Source of the DNA: Candidatus Formimonas warabiya | GTDB taxonomy: Bacteria; Bacillota; Dehalobacteriia; Dehalobacteriales; Dehalobacteriaceae | NCBI RefSeq assembly: GCF_002777255.1 | Contig: NZ_CP017634.1 | Span: forward strand, 600,903-632,902 | DNA: 32,000 nucleotides | Direction of reading: 5' to 3' | Shown here: positions 24,719 to 32,000 of the stretch, in pieces | How the letters are laid out: each line of letters starts with the position of its first letter | Position numbering within the stretch: position 1 is the stretch's first letter | Program-made: the position numbers and the translations under genes | Notes under the pieces: generated by a model | What the model was told of the DNA's origin: nothing | The model's input: the letters and a program-made list of their open reading frames with translations, nothing else | The model's database searches: none

Positions 24719-26518
24719 ATGTCGGTAAGGGGAAATATCGAAGGTCTTTCTCAGGTGATGATCCAAAGGCTGGAATCTTCATATGATATAACCGTAGAAC
24801 GAGGTCAGGTGATCAACGTTCAGTTGGCCCAAGAAATGGCAGCTATTACCCATGCCACCAATAAAGAAATCGCGGTATACCTGGACCGGCGCGGGAAAGT
24901 GCTTCATGTGGCTGTTGGTAATGGGGATACCGTCCCTCTGGATGAGATTTCCGTCCGGAGAGGGCACCGGCGCCTGAGTGGGGTCCGCTGTATTCATACC
25001 CACCCGGGGGAAGACGGCGACCTGAGTCCGGCGGACTTAGCCGCTTTGGAAATCATGAGATTTGACTGTATGGTTGCTTTGGGTATTCTCAAAAACGGGT
25101 CCATCGGCACGATCGGGTTAGGTTTTCTGGAATTAAAAGCGTCCGAACCGGTGACCCGAAAAATGGTTTTGACCGGTTTGAGGGAATTGACAGAATACGA
25201 TTATCTGACTGACGTGGAAGAGATCGAGAAAAGTGGGGATCCCTTATTTCCTGTTGACCAAAAGTCGGTCCAGGAAAAAGCCCTTTTGGTTGCTCTCCAA
25301 ACAGAAAAAGACAACCAAACCACGCTGGAATCCTTGCATGAGTTGGCACAGCTGGCTGTCTCGGCCGGTCTTGCGGTGCTGGGGAAGGATCTTCAAAAAA
25401 GAAGCCGGCCGGATGCTGCGACCTATATTGGCCAGGGAAAAGCGCAGGAAATTCAGCTGGCGGCTCAGGCACAGGGTGCGGATGTGGTTATTTTTGATGA
25501 TGAGCTGTCGCCGGCCCAGCAAAGAAATTTGGCAGAACTGATCGGAGTCAAGATTATTGACCGGACCATGTTGATTTTGGATATCTTTGCCCAAAGGGCA
25601 TGGAGCAATGAAGGAAAGCTTCAGGTGGAATTAGCGCAACTGAAGTATTTGCTGCCCCGCCTCACCGGGCAGGGTACGGCTCTATCTCGTTTGGGAGGAG
25701 GCATTGGCACCAGAGGCCCCGGTGAAACCAAGCTGGAAGTGGATCGGAGACGGATCAGAAAGCGCATTTCCGATTTGGAACACCGCTTAGAGACGGTGCG
25801 TAAGGTCCGGAACATCCACCGCCGGCGTTGGGAAGCAATGGAGTTGCCGGTGGTCGCTTTAGTAGGTTATACGAATGCAGGCAAATCTTCTATCATGAAT
25901 TGTCTGACCGGGGCGGGCGTGTTGGTGGAAGACCAATTGTTTGCCACCCTTGATCCCACGACCCGGATTGTGGAATTGCCTGGTCACCGGTCCTTCCTCC
26001 TCACAGATACGGTTGGTTTTATTCGAAAACTGCCTCATCATCTGGTGGCGGCTTTTCGGGCTACTTTGGAAGAAACCATGGAGGCTGGTCTTTTATTGCA
26101 TGTGATTGATGGAAGCAATGATCAGGTAGACGAGCATATTTTAGCGGTGCATCAAGTTTTAACGGATCTGGGTGTCATGGGAAAACCGATGATTTCTGTG
26201 ATTAATAAAATTGATTTAATCGATAGCGATGGGACTTTGGCGCGCTTACTGCACAGAGTGGATCACGGGGTGGCTGTGTCTGCCCGGAAAAAGATGGGCA
26301 TAGACCAATTGCTGCAACAGATTGGGGAAATGCTTCCCCAACCCTTAACACTGATCAGAGTCTTGATTCCTTTTAAAAAAGCTTCTTTGGTTACGGCGCT
26401 TCATGATTATGGCCGAGTGATTAACGAAAGATATTCTGCCGAAGGAATTGAAATGGAGGCATATGTGGATCAGCGCATGAAGGGTATGCTGGAACGAGAA
26501 GGACTCCTTACGGACTAA
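24719..26518 (+). CDS. hflX: GTPase HflX with an approximately 180-aa N-terminal extension carrying a JAB/MPN-like motif
   Basis: The HflX core starts at about residue 185 ([50 protein letters not shown]). G1 is [10 protein letters not shown]3 is DTVGF and G4 is NKID. The N-terminus contains E50...H93-T-H95-P-x6-S103-x2-D106. Confidence 0.9.
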   Translation: MSVRGNIEGLSQVMIQRLESSYDITVERGQVINVQLAQEMAAITHATNKEIAVYLDRRGKVLHVAVGNGDTVPLDEISVRRGHRRLSGVRCIHTHPGEDGDLSPADLAALEIMRFDCMVALGILKNGSIGTIGLGFLELKASEPVTRKMVLTGLRELTEYDYLTDVEEIEKSGDPLFPVDQKSVQEKALLVALQTEKDNQTTLESLHELAQLAVSAGLAVLGKDLQKRSRPDAATYIGQGKAQEIQLAAQAQGADVVIFDDELSPAQQRNLAELIGVKIIDRTMLILDIFAQRAWSNEGKLQVELAQLKYLLPRLTGQGTALSRLGGGIGTRGPGETKLEVDRRRIRKRISDLEHRLETVRKVRNIHRRRWEAMELPVVALVGYTNAGKSSIMNCLTGAGVLVEDQLFATLDPTTRIVELPGHRSFLLTDTVGFIRKLPHHLVAAFRATLEETMEAGLLLHVIDGSNDQVDEHILAVHQVLTDLGVMGKPMISVINKIDLIDSDGTLARLLHRVDHGVAVSARKKMGIDQLLQQIGEMLPQPLTLIRVLIPFKKASLVTALHDYGRVINERYSAEGIEMEAYVDQRMKGMLEREGLLTD

Positions 26519-26544
26519 AAGCACAAATCAGTGCTTTTTTTCTT
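26517..26544 (+). terminator. Rho-independent terminator after hflX
   Basis: AAAAGCAC-aaatca-GTGCTTTT stem followed by a T-run, starting at the hflX stop codon. Confidence 0.8.
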
Positions 26545-26562
26545 CTTCTTTCGGGAATCTTA

Positions 26563-27561
26563 ATGAGGAAACCAAATAAATATACAAGGAGTCATGCTTT
26601 TGTGGCAAACACAATCTATTTTTTAGGCGCAGGAGCCTCAAGAGAAGCCGGAGTTCCTACGCAAAAAGAGATTTGGGAACAGATTGAGGCCGTAGGGCAA
26701 AAAACAGGAGAACAGAGAATTTGCACCCTGCTGGATTTTGCCGTCTATCTAAACTTTGGCCAACCGGGCCAAAAGGTGGCTGTTGATACGGCGGAACTGT
26801 TAACCCTCATCGACCTGGCTTTAGAACAGAATGTTTCTGTAGGAAAATACCAGGTGGAGGATTTGCGGAGCATTCGGGAGACTTTGATTCGGGTCATATG
26901 CAAAATTTTAGAGGCATCGGTGAAACCGGAACGATTAGATGTTTTTGCCGGATTTTGCACAAGATTAGCGCAGGAAGATACCATTATTTCGTTGAATTAT
27001 GATACGGTGATAGACCATATCCTTACTTCCTTTGTAGGCCAGGTAACCTATGGATTTAACTTTGCTGCCCAATTGGGAGAGGGAAGCGGTAAGAAAAGCA
27101 AAGGGACACAGCTGTTGTTAAAGCCTCATGGTTCGTTAAACTGGCGGTATTGCAGCCGGTGCAACAATATTTATCTCCTGGCCGGTGAAAAAAGCGACTG
27201 TTTTGACGGTCCGGATCAGAGGTGTCCGGCTGATGAGCATCCTCTTCTAGCCGTAGTTGTTACGCCATCTTACCGGAAACAGTTTTTAGTTCCCCAATTG
27301 CATGATGTTTGGATGCAATGTTTCCACCAGATTAAAAATGCGGATGTGATTAACTTTGTGGGATACTCTTTTCCTCCCGGGGATGTTCATATCATTCACC
27401 TGATCAAAAGGGCGGTTTTGGCCGGAGAAAAAAGGCCGGTGATAAATGTCATTTCCCGGGATTCCCAGGGCATGGTTTTTGACCGCTGCCAGAACATTTT
27501 TGCCGGTTTTAAATATTTTCAGACTTCTTTTGGTCATTATTTTTGTGATATGATTAATTAA
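26563..27561 (+). CDS. SIR2-family (sirtuin-like / SIR2_2-like) NAD-binding protein, stand-alone
   Basis: FLGAGASREAGVPT (GAGxS NAD motif), SLNYDTVID (N145/D147), KPHGSLNW (H189), then C197-x2-C200...C213-x7-C221. The C-terminus reads NFVGYSFPPGDVH. The start is uncertain: ATG 26563 has no RBS, while in-frame GTG 26602 lies 10 nt after AAGGAG. Confidence 0.7.
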   Translation: MRKPNKYTRSHAFVANTIYFLGAGASREAGVPTQKEIWEQIEAVGQKTGEQRICTLLDFAVYLNFGQPGQKVAVDTAELLTLIDLALEQNVSVGKYQVEDLRSIRETLIRVICKILEASVKPERLDVFAGFCTRLAQEDTIISLNYDTVIDHILTSFVGQVTYGFNFAAQLGEGSGKKSKGTQLLLKPHGSLNWRYCSRCNNIYLLAGEKSDCFDGPDQRCPADEHPLLAVVVTPSYRKQFLVPQLHDVWMQCFHQIKNADVINFVGYSFPPGDVHIIHLIKRAVLAGEKRPVINVISRDSQGMVFDRCQNIFAGFKYFQTSFGHYFCDMIN

Positions 27562-27623
27562 GGAAATAAATCACTCCGGTGGAAAATAAAGAGTGAAAAC
27601 TCAACCAGGGGAAACGGTGAATT

Positions 27624-28004
27624 ATGGATATTCTCGCCGTGATTAAAGAAAAGATAAATAAAAAAGAATGGATGCACTTTGTTTACCAGGAGCCCGACGG
27701 CATGATCAGATTTTATGCTGTTTTGCCCTATCTGCTCGGGCAATCCTTTTTTCAAGGCCTCACAGAGAAAGGAACCGCTTCTTTTCAGATTTCTAATGTG
27801 CTTACCGTCCAACCGCCCACAGAGAAAGTTTCCTGGCGCTTGATTTGCCGGAAAACCAGTTTGATTATTTTTCCCGGTAAGCCGGGAGCCGCCTTCTTTT
27901 ATGATTTGTCGGAAAAAGAAAAGAATCTTTTAATGCAGGCCTTTTTTTCCCGCCGGGTGATCATGATCGGTGATTTTATTTTTTTGCAGCAGGGAGAGAA
28001 ATAA
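27624..28004 (+). CDS. Hypothetical 126-aa protein
   Basis: Clean ORF with a weak GGGGA/GGTGA RBS. Its stop overlaps the next start (TAATG). No TM segment or signal peptide, and no family I can name. Confidence 0.5.
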   Translation: MDILAVIKEKINKKEWMHFVYQEPDGMIRFYAVLPYLLGQSFFQGLTEKGTASFQISNVLTVQPPTEKVSWRLICRKTSLIIFPGKPGAAFFYDLSEKEKNLLMQAFFSRRVIMIGDFIFLQQGEK

Positions 28005-28804
28005 TGTACGATTATCATTTGCACTCCACCAATTCGCCCGATGGTCGCTTATCCATAGAGGAAGTATGTGAGCTGGCTATCCAAAAAGGATTTAAAGAAA
28101 TTGCTTTTACCGAGCATTTGGATTATGACTGTCCCGGTCACATCGATTTGTTATTGGATTATGAAAAATATTCCGAAGAGATCGACCGGGCCAGAGAAAA
28201 ATATTTTGGCGCTCTAAATATTGTCAAAGGCTTGGAAATGGGGCTCCAGCCTCAGGTAATGGAGAGGAACAGGGACTTTGTCAGGAAAAATCCTTTTGAT
28301 TTTATCATTGGCTCGGTCCACCACATTGACGGCTTGCAGCTGTTTAACGGGGATTTTTGCCAGGGCAAGCGGCGTGAGGAAGCCTATCGAAGCTATTTGC
28401 AGGAAGTGGACCGGCTGGTGGAGACATTTGCTGATTTTCATGTTTTAGGGCATATGGATGTGATCCGCCGGTATCCCGGATTTGATGATCGGACCATCAG
28501 CACACGGGAATATGCCGATTTAATCGACAGCATCCTGAAGAAGTTGATCCGTTCCCACCGGGGCATAGAAGTCAATTCATCCGGATTCAGATTTAAATTG
28601 GCGGACACATTACCTACGCTAGATGTGGTAACCCGCTACCGGGAATTGGGCGGAGAAATTATCACGGTGGGGTCAGACGCCCACCGGACAGACGCCGTGG
28701 GCTATAAAATTGAGGAGGCTTATCAGGTATTGAAAACCAGCGGCTTCAATTATGTCTGCCTTTTTAGAAACGGAGCGCCAATAAAGGTTCCCCTACCTGT
28801 CTAA
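28004..28804 (+). CDS. PHP-domain phosphoesterase, HisJ/HisK histidinol-phosphatase family
   Basis: MYDYHLHSTNSPDG (HxH), FTEHLDY, GSVHHID, LGHMD and GSDAH metal-ligand blocks typical of the PHP histidinol phosphatase family. GGGAGAG RBS. Confidence 0.8.
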   Translation: MYDYHLHSTNSPDGRLSIEEVCELAIQKGFKEIAFTEHLDYDCPGHIDLLLDYEKYSEEIDRAREKYFGALNIVKGLEMGLQPQVMERNRDFVRKNPFDFIIGSVHHIDGLQLFNGDFCQGKRREEAYRSYLQEVDRLVETFADFHVLGHMDVIRRYPGFDDRTISTREYADLIDSILKKLIRSHRGIEVNSSGFRFKLADTLPTLDVVTRYRELGGEIITVGSDAHRTDAVGYKIEEAYQVLKTSGFNYVCLFRNGAPIKVPLPV

Positions 28805-28810
28805 ACGCGA

Positions 28811-28847
28811 AAGAACCCTAAACAGAGAATTGGTTCCGGGTTCTTTT
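28811..28847 (+). terminator. Probable terminator after the PHP gene
   Basis: The 8-bp stem AAGAACCC / GGGTTCTT has a 19-nt loop and is followed by TT; the U-tract is weak. Confidence 0.45.
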
Positions 28848-28946
28848 CCATCAGTTTTAACAGGATCTTAACAATAAATTAAAGGAAAAACCGCTTTTTT
28901 ATGGAACAATTGCTTTAAAACGATATTAATTATTAGGGTGGGAGAA

Positions 28947-29630
28947 ATGCAGAAAATATTAATTGTCGATGATGAAGAAAATATTGTCAGCCTGATCGAA
29001 TACAATTTAAAAAATGCCGGTTTTCAGACGATTGCAGCATATGATGGCCGTAAAGCTGTGACGATGGCCCGTGAGCAAAGGCCCGATTTGATTGTTCTGG
29101 ATGTGATGCTGCCGGGAATGGATGGCTTTGATGTGGTACGGGAACTAAGAAAAGAAAGTAACGTGCCGGTTTTGATGCTCACAGCGCGGGCGGAAGAATT
29201 CGACCGGGTCTTGGCTTTGGAGCTGGGGGCAGACGATTATTTAATTAAACCCTTTAGTACCAGGGAATTGGTTGCCCGGGTAAAAGCCATCCTGCGCAGG
29301 GTCACCAGTGAACCCCGGGAGGAGGAAAAAGCCGTGATCAAGGCCGGCCCCATTACCGTCGATGTGGAGAGACACGAGGTCCATGTGGATGAGAAAGAAA
29401 TTCAGCTTACGGCGAAAGAATATGAATTGCTAAAGCTTTTGGTCACCAACCGGGGCAGGGTTTTTTCCCGGGAAAAATTGCTGGAGCAGTTGTGGGATTA
29501 TGATTATTTTGGCGATACCCGCACCATTGATGTGCACATGAGACACCTGCGGGAGAAAATTGAGCAGGATTCCGCTAATCCCCGTTATTTAAAAACTATC
29601 CGGGGTGTAGGGTACAAGTTTGAGGAGTGA
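28947..29630 (+). CDS. phoP: OmpR-family response regulator PhoP
   Basis: The receiver domain (MQKILIVDDEENI, DLIVLDVMLPGMDG, KPF) is followed by a winged-helix domain (LTAKEYELLKLL, RTIDVHMRHLREKI, TIRGVGYKF). Context supports the call: a kinase, a Pho box and pstS lie immediately downstream. Confidence 0.85.
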   Translation: MQKILIVDDEENIVSLIEYNLKNAGFQTIAAYDGRKAVTMAREQRPDLIVLDVMLPGMDGFDVVRELRKESNVPVLMLTARAEEFDRVLALELGADDYLIKPFSTRELVARVKAILRRVTSEPREEEKAVIKAGPITVDVERHEVHVDEKEIQLTAKEYELLKLLVTNRGRVFSREKLLEQLWDYDYFGDTRTIDVHMRHLREKIEQDSANPRYLKTIRGVGYKFEE

Positions 29631-29634
29631 TCAT

Positions 29635-31416
29635 ATGTTGCGGGTGTTTCGGGGGATTAGAGGCAGAATCATTTCCACTTATCTTTTTTTAATCTTAATA
29701 TCCATGGCCGTACTGGGCATCACCTTAATCTGGATGCTGCAGAACTACTTGTTGTCAAATCTAGAAAGTAACATGGCAAATCAGGCCGGTTTAGTGTCAA
29801 ATCTGATTTCTGATCCCATTGCCCTTGGCGAATTTGACCAGGTTGACGCCCAGATCAAGGATTTGGGCAGGACCCTCCAGGCCAGAATCACCATCGTTTT
29901 GCCCAACGGCAAAGTAGTGGGGGACTCTCAATTTAATCCTTCGAATATGGAAAACCATGGTCACCGGCCGGAAATCCAAAAGGCCCTGCACAAAGAGGTG
30001 GGCGAGTATGTCAGGGTGAGCAGCACGGCCGGATTGGAAACCATGTATGTGGCGGTACCCATTGAAGCGCAAGGTCAAGTGGTGGGTGTGGCCCGAATCT
30101 CCCATCCTCTCCAAGAAATCAAGCACACTTTTCTAAAACTGCGGGGAATCCTGTTTACAGGAATTATTATTGCCACCTTTATCGCCGTTTTATTAAGTTT
30201 AAAACTGGCCAAGGGATTCACGGAGCCCATTGAAAGTATTAGTGCAGGAGCCCGTAAAATTACCGCGGGCGATTTAGATGCCCGGGTGTACTCTAGTTCC
30301 AGGGACGAATTGGGAGAATTAGGGAGTACCATTAATTATATGACGCAGACTTTAAAAGAACACATTGATGAAATATCCCAGGAAAAGAGCCGTTTGGAAA
30401 ACATTTTGCACACCATGGTCAGTGGGGTCGTGGTCCTGGATAATCACGGATTGGTGCGCATTGTCAATCCGGCTGCGGAAGAAATGTTTGGCATCAGCGC
30501 TGTGACCTCCGAGGGAAAACATAATCTGGAGGTAATCCGCCACTTTGGCTTAAACAATCAGATTGAAAAATGTCTCATTTCGGAAAAAATCATTGAATAT
30601 GAGTTTTCCCTTCGTTTTCCGGAAGAAAGGGTGATTCAGTGTTACATTGCACCGGTCTACCGGGACAAAAAGATTAGTGGAATTACCCTGGTGTTTCACG
30701 ATATTACCAAACTGCGCAAACTGGAACAGATGCGCGCGGATTTTGTGGCCAATGCCTCCCATGAACTGAGGACACCCCTGACGGTGATCAAGGGATATGT
30801 GGAAACTTTGTTAAACGGAGCCTTAGACGACCGGCAGGTGAGCGAGAAATTTGTCACGGTGATCGACGAGGAAGCTGACCGTTTGAAAAGGCTGGTAGAT
30901 GAACTGCTAACCCTGTCCCAACTGGAATCCAATCGACAGGAAGCAGAAGAGCCTGTGCTGGTATTGGGGATTATTACATTAGTGGCCGAGGAAATGAGGC
31001 AACGTTTCCAAGAAAAACAAATTGCTCTGGAATTAAATCTTCCCGGCGTTGTTCCCCAGGTGAAGGCGAATCCGGACCGGGTGAAGCAAATTTTGGTTAA
31101 CCTGCTGGATAATGCCTTAAAATATACACCTTACGGAGGCAGGGTGACGGTAGGGGCGGAGGAAGAAGAAAACTTTGTCAGAATATGTGTGCAAGACACC
31201 GGGATGGGAATTCCTTCTGAAGATTTGCCCAGAATATTTGAGCGCTTTTACCGGGTGGATAAAGCGAGAAGCAGGCAAATGGGAGGTTTTGGACTGGGTC
31301 TTTCCATTGTCAAGCATATGGTGGAAAATATGGGAGGAAGTATTCGGGTGGAAAGCACCCTCAATGAAGGAAGTACTTTTTGGTTTACCCTGCCTAAGTA
31401 TGAAGCGGTTGGTTAA
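29635..31416 (+). CDS. phoR: Sensor histidine kinase PhoR
   Basis: ATG lies 7 nt after GAGGAG. The protein has two TM segments flanking an extracytoplasmic domain, a HAMP domain, a PAS domain, the HisKA H-box FVANASHELRTPLT and an HATPase domain (NLLDNALKYT, DTGMGI, GGFGLGLSIV). Confidence 0.85.
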   Translation: MLRVFRGIRGRIISTYLFLILISMAVLGITLIWMLQNYLLSNLESNMANQAGLVSNLISDPIALGEFDQVDAQIKDLGRTLQARITIVLPNGKVVGDSQFNPSNMENHGHRPEIQKALHKEVGEYVRVSSTAGLETMYVAVPIEAQGQVVGVARISHPLQEIKHTFLKLRGILFTGIIIATFIAVLLSLKLAKGFTEPIESISAGARKITAGDLDARVYSSSRDELGELGSTINYMTQTLKEHIDEISQEKSRLENILHTMVSGVVVLDNHGLVRIVNPAAEEMFGISAVTSEGKHNLEVIRHFGLNNQIEKCLISEKIIEYEFSLRFPEERVIQCYIAPVYRDKKISGITLVFHDITKLRKLEQMRADFVANASHELRTPLTVIKGYVETLLNGALDDRQVSEKFVTVIDEEADRLKRLVDELLTLSQLESNRQEAEEPVLVLGIITLVAEEMRQRFQEKQIALELNLPGVVPQVKANPDRVKQILVNLLDNALKYTPYGGRVTVGAEEEENFVRICVQDTGMGIPSEDLPRIFERFYRVDKARSRQMGGFGLGLSIVKHMVENMGGSIRVESTLNEGSTFWFTLPKYEAVG

Positions 31417-31445
31417 GAAAAGGTTAATTCGGGGTAAATATTGCG

Positions 31446-31472
31446 AAAAAAAGAGGCGGCAGCCTCTTTTTT
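31446..31472 (+). terminator. Rho-independent terminator after phoR
   Basis: AAGAGGC-ggca-GCCTCTT stem, flanked by an A-run and followed by TTTT. Confidence 0.75.
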
Positions 31473-31473
31473 C

Positions 31474-31512
31474 TTAACCTATTCTTAACAAAGCGGTAAT
31501 ACTAGATTTACA
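31474..31512 (+). promoter_or_regulatory. Pho box: four PhoP-type hexamers at 11-bp periodicity upstream of pstS
   Basis: TTAACC (31474), TTAACA (31485), GTAATA (31496) and TTTACA (31507), each separated by 5 nt. This matches the Bacillus-type TT(A/T/C)ACA direct-repeat architecture. Confidence 0.65.
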
Positions 31513-31576
31513 CAGGCGCGGTAAAGTGTATTCAGATCAAAATTTACCAAAAAATTTAAAGGAGGAACTTAAGTAC

Positions 31577-32000
31577 ATGTTTTCGAAGAAGTTGGGAAAA
31601 TTTGCTTTACTATGCTTATTGATGGTAGCTTTGGTGGCAGCCGGATGCGGCCAGAGTGGGGATCAGGATGCCACCCAAAATGATACCCAGGAAGAAGAAC
31701 AAGGTACAGAAACTTTATCGGGAAATATTCAATTAGCAGGATCCACCTCTGTGCAACCCTTAGCGGAAGAGTTGGCCAATGTATTTATGGAAAAGAACCC
31801 CGGTGTTAAAATTGATGTCCAGGGCGGAGGTTCCGGCGCCGGAATTAAGGCTGCTGCTGAGGGAGTTGCCAACATCGGCATGTCTTCTAGAGAATTGAAA
31901 GAAGATGAGGGCGGATTAGGGCTTGTGCCCACAGTCATAGCCAAGGACGGGATTGCCGTGATCGTAAATTCTGCCAATAAAGTAGAAGGTCTTACCAAGG
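31577..32000 (+). CDS. pstS: Phosphate ABC transporter substrate-binding lipoprotein PstS (3' end outside the window)
   Basis: Not in the supplied ORF track. My own translation from the ATG 8 nt after AGGAGG gives MFSKKLGKFALLCLLMVALVAAGCGQ (lipobox)...LAGSTSVQPLAEELA...VQGGGSGAGIKAA..., which is open to the window end. Confidence 0.85.
   Translation, partial: MFSKKLGKFALLCLLMVALVAAGCGQSGDQDATQNDTQEEEQGTETLSGNIQLAGSTSVQPLAEELANVFMEKNPGVKIDVQGGGSGAGIKAAAEGVANIGMSSRELKEDEGGLGLVPTVIAKDGIAVIVNSANKVEGLTK

Noticed and set aside
1-32000. CRISPR arrays, IS elements or transposases, integrases, phage structural genes and toxin-antitoxin pairs.
   Set aside because: No regularly spaced direct repeats, no DDE, serine or tyrosine recombinase motifs, and no terminal inverted repeats were seen on either strand. 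The accessory patch is therefore not called a mobile element.

Overview
The window looks like chromosomal DNA from a Gram-positive anaerobe. This is inferred from strong AGGAGG-type ribosome-binding sites, frequent TTG starts, an SLH-anchored exoenzyme, and GC that is mid-40s % by eye. No transposase, integrase or CRISPR array is visible. The content falls into three parts. (1) Positions 1-6.7 kb hold a carbohydrate-type ABC importer gene set (two permeases, a MalK-type ATPase, a lipoprotein binding protein). It is unusually interleaved with an efflux-style HlyD adaptor and a membrane protein with a MacB-like periplasmic domain. (2) Positions 6.7-17.8 kb form an accessory-looking patch that ends at a lone tRNA-Val(CAC). 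It contains a vanW-vanH-ligase-vanX vancomycin-resistance-type cluster with no vanRS or vanY, and a 24-codon remnant of a second D-Ala-D-X ligase between vanW and vanH. It also contains two tandem 188-aa paralogs of unknown function flanked by a 27-bp imperfect direct repeat, a PreA-like dihydropyrimidine dehydrogenase subunit, an SLH-anchored 5'-nucleotidase, a VOC protein and a small membrane protein. (3) Positions 17.9-32 kb are mostly core genes. They include a P2A-type cation ATPase behind a recognisable yybP-ykoY (Mn2+) riboswitch and divergent from a TerC gene. They also include an ApgM-family mutase, ubiE/menG, an MBL hydrolase, and an HflX GTPase with an N-terminal JAB/MPN-like extension. 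A terminator-bracketed three-gene cassette follows (SIR2-like protein, 126-aa unknown, PHP phosphoesterase), and then phoP-phoR, a Pho box and the start of pstS. The best candidates for undescribed biology are the SIR2-like cassette, the tandem paralog pair, the hybrid ABC/HlyD/MacB-like operon and the mosaic regulator-less van cluster. All family assignments rest on motif recognition by eye; no database search was possible.
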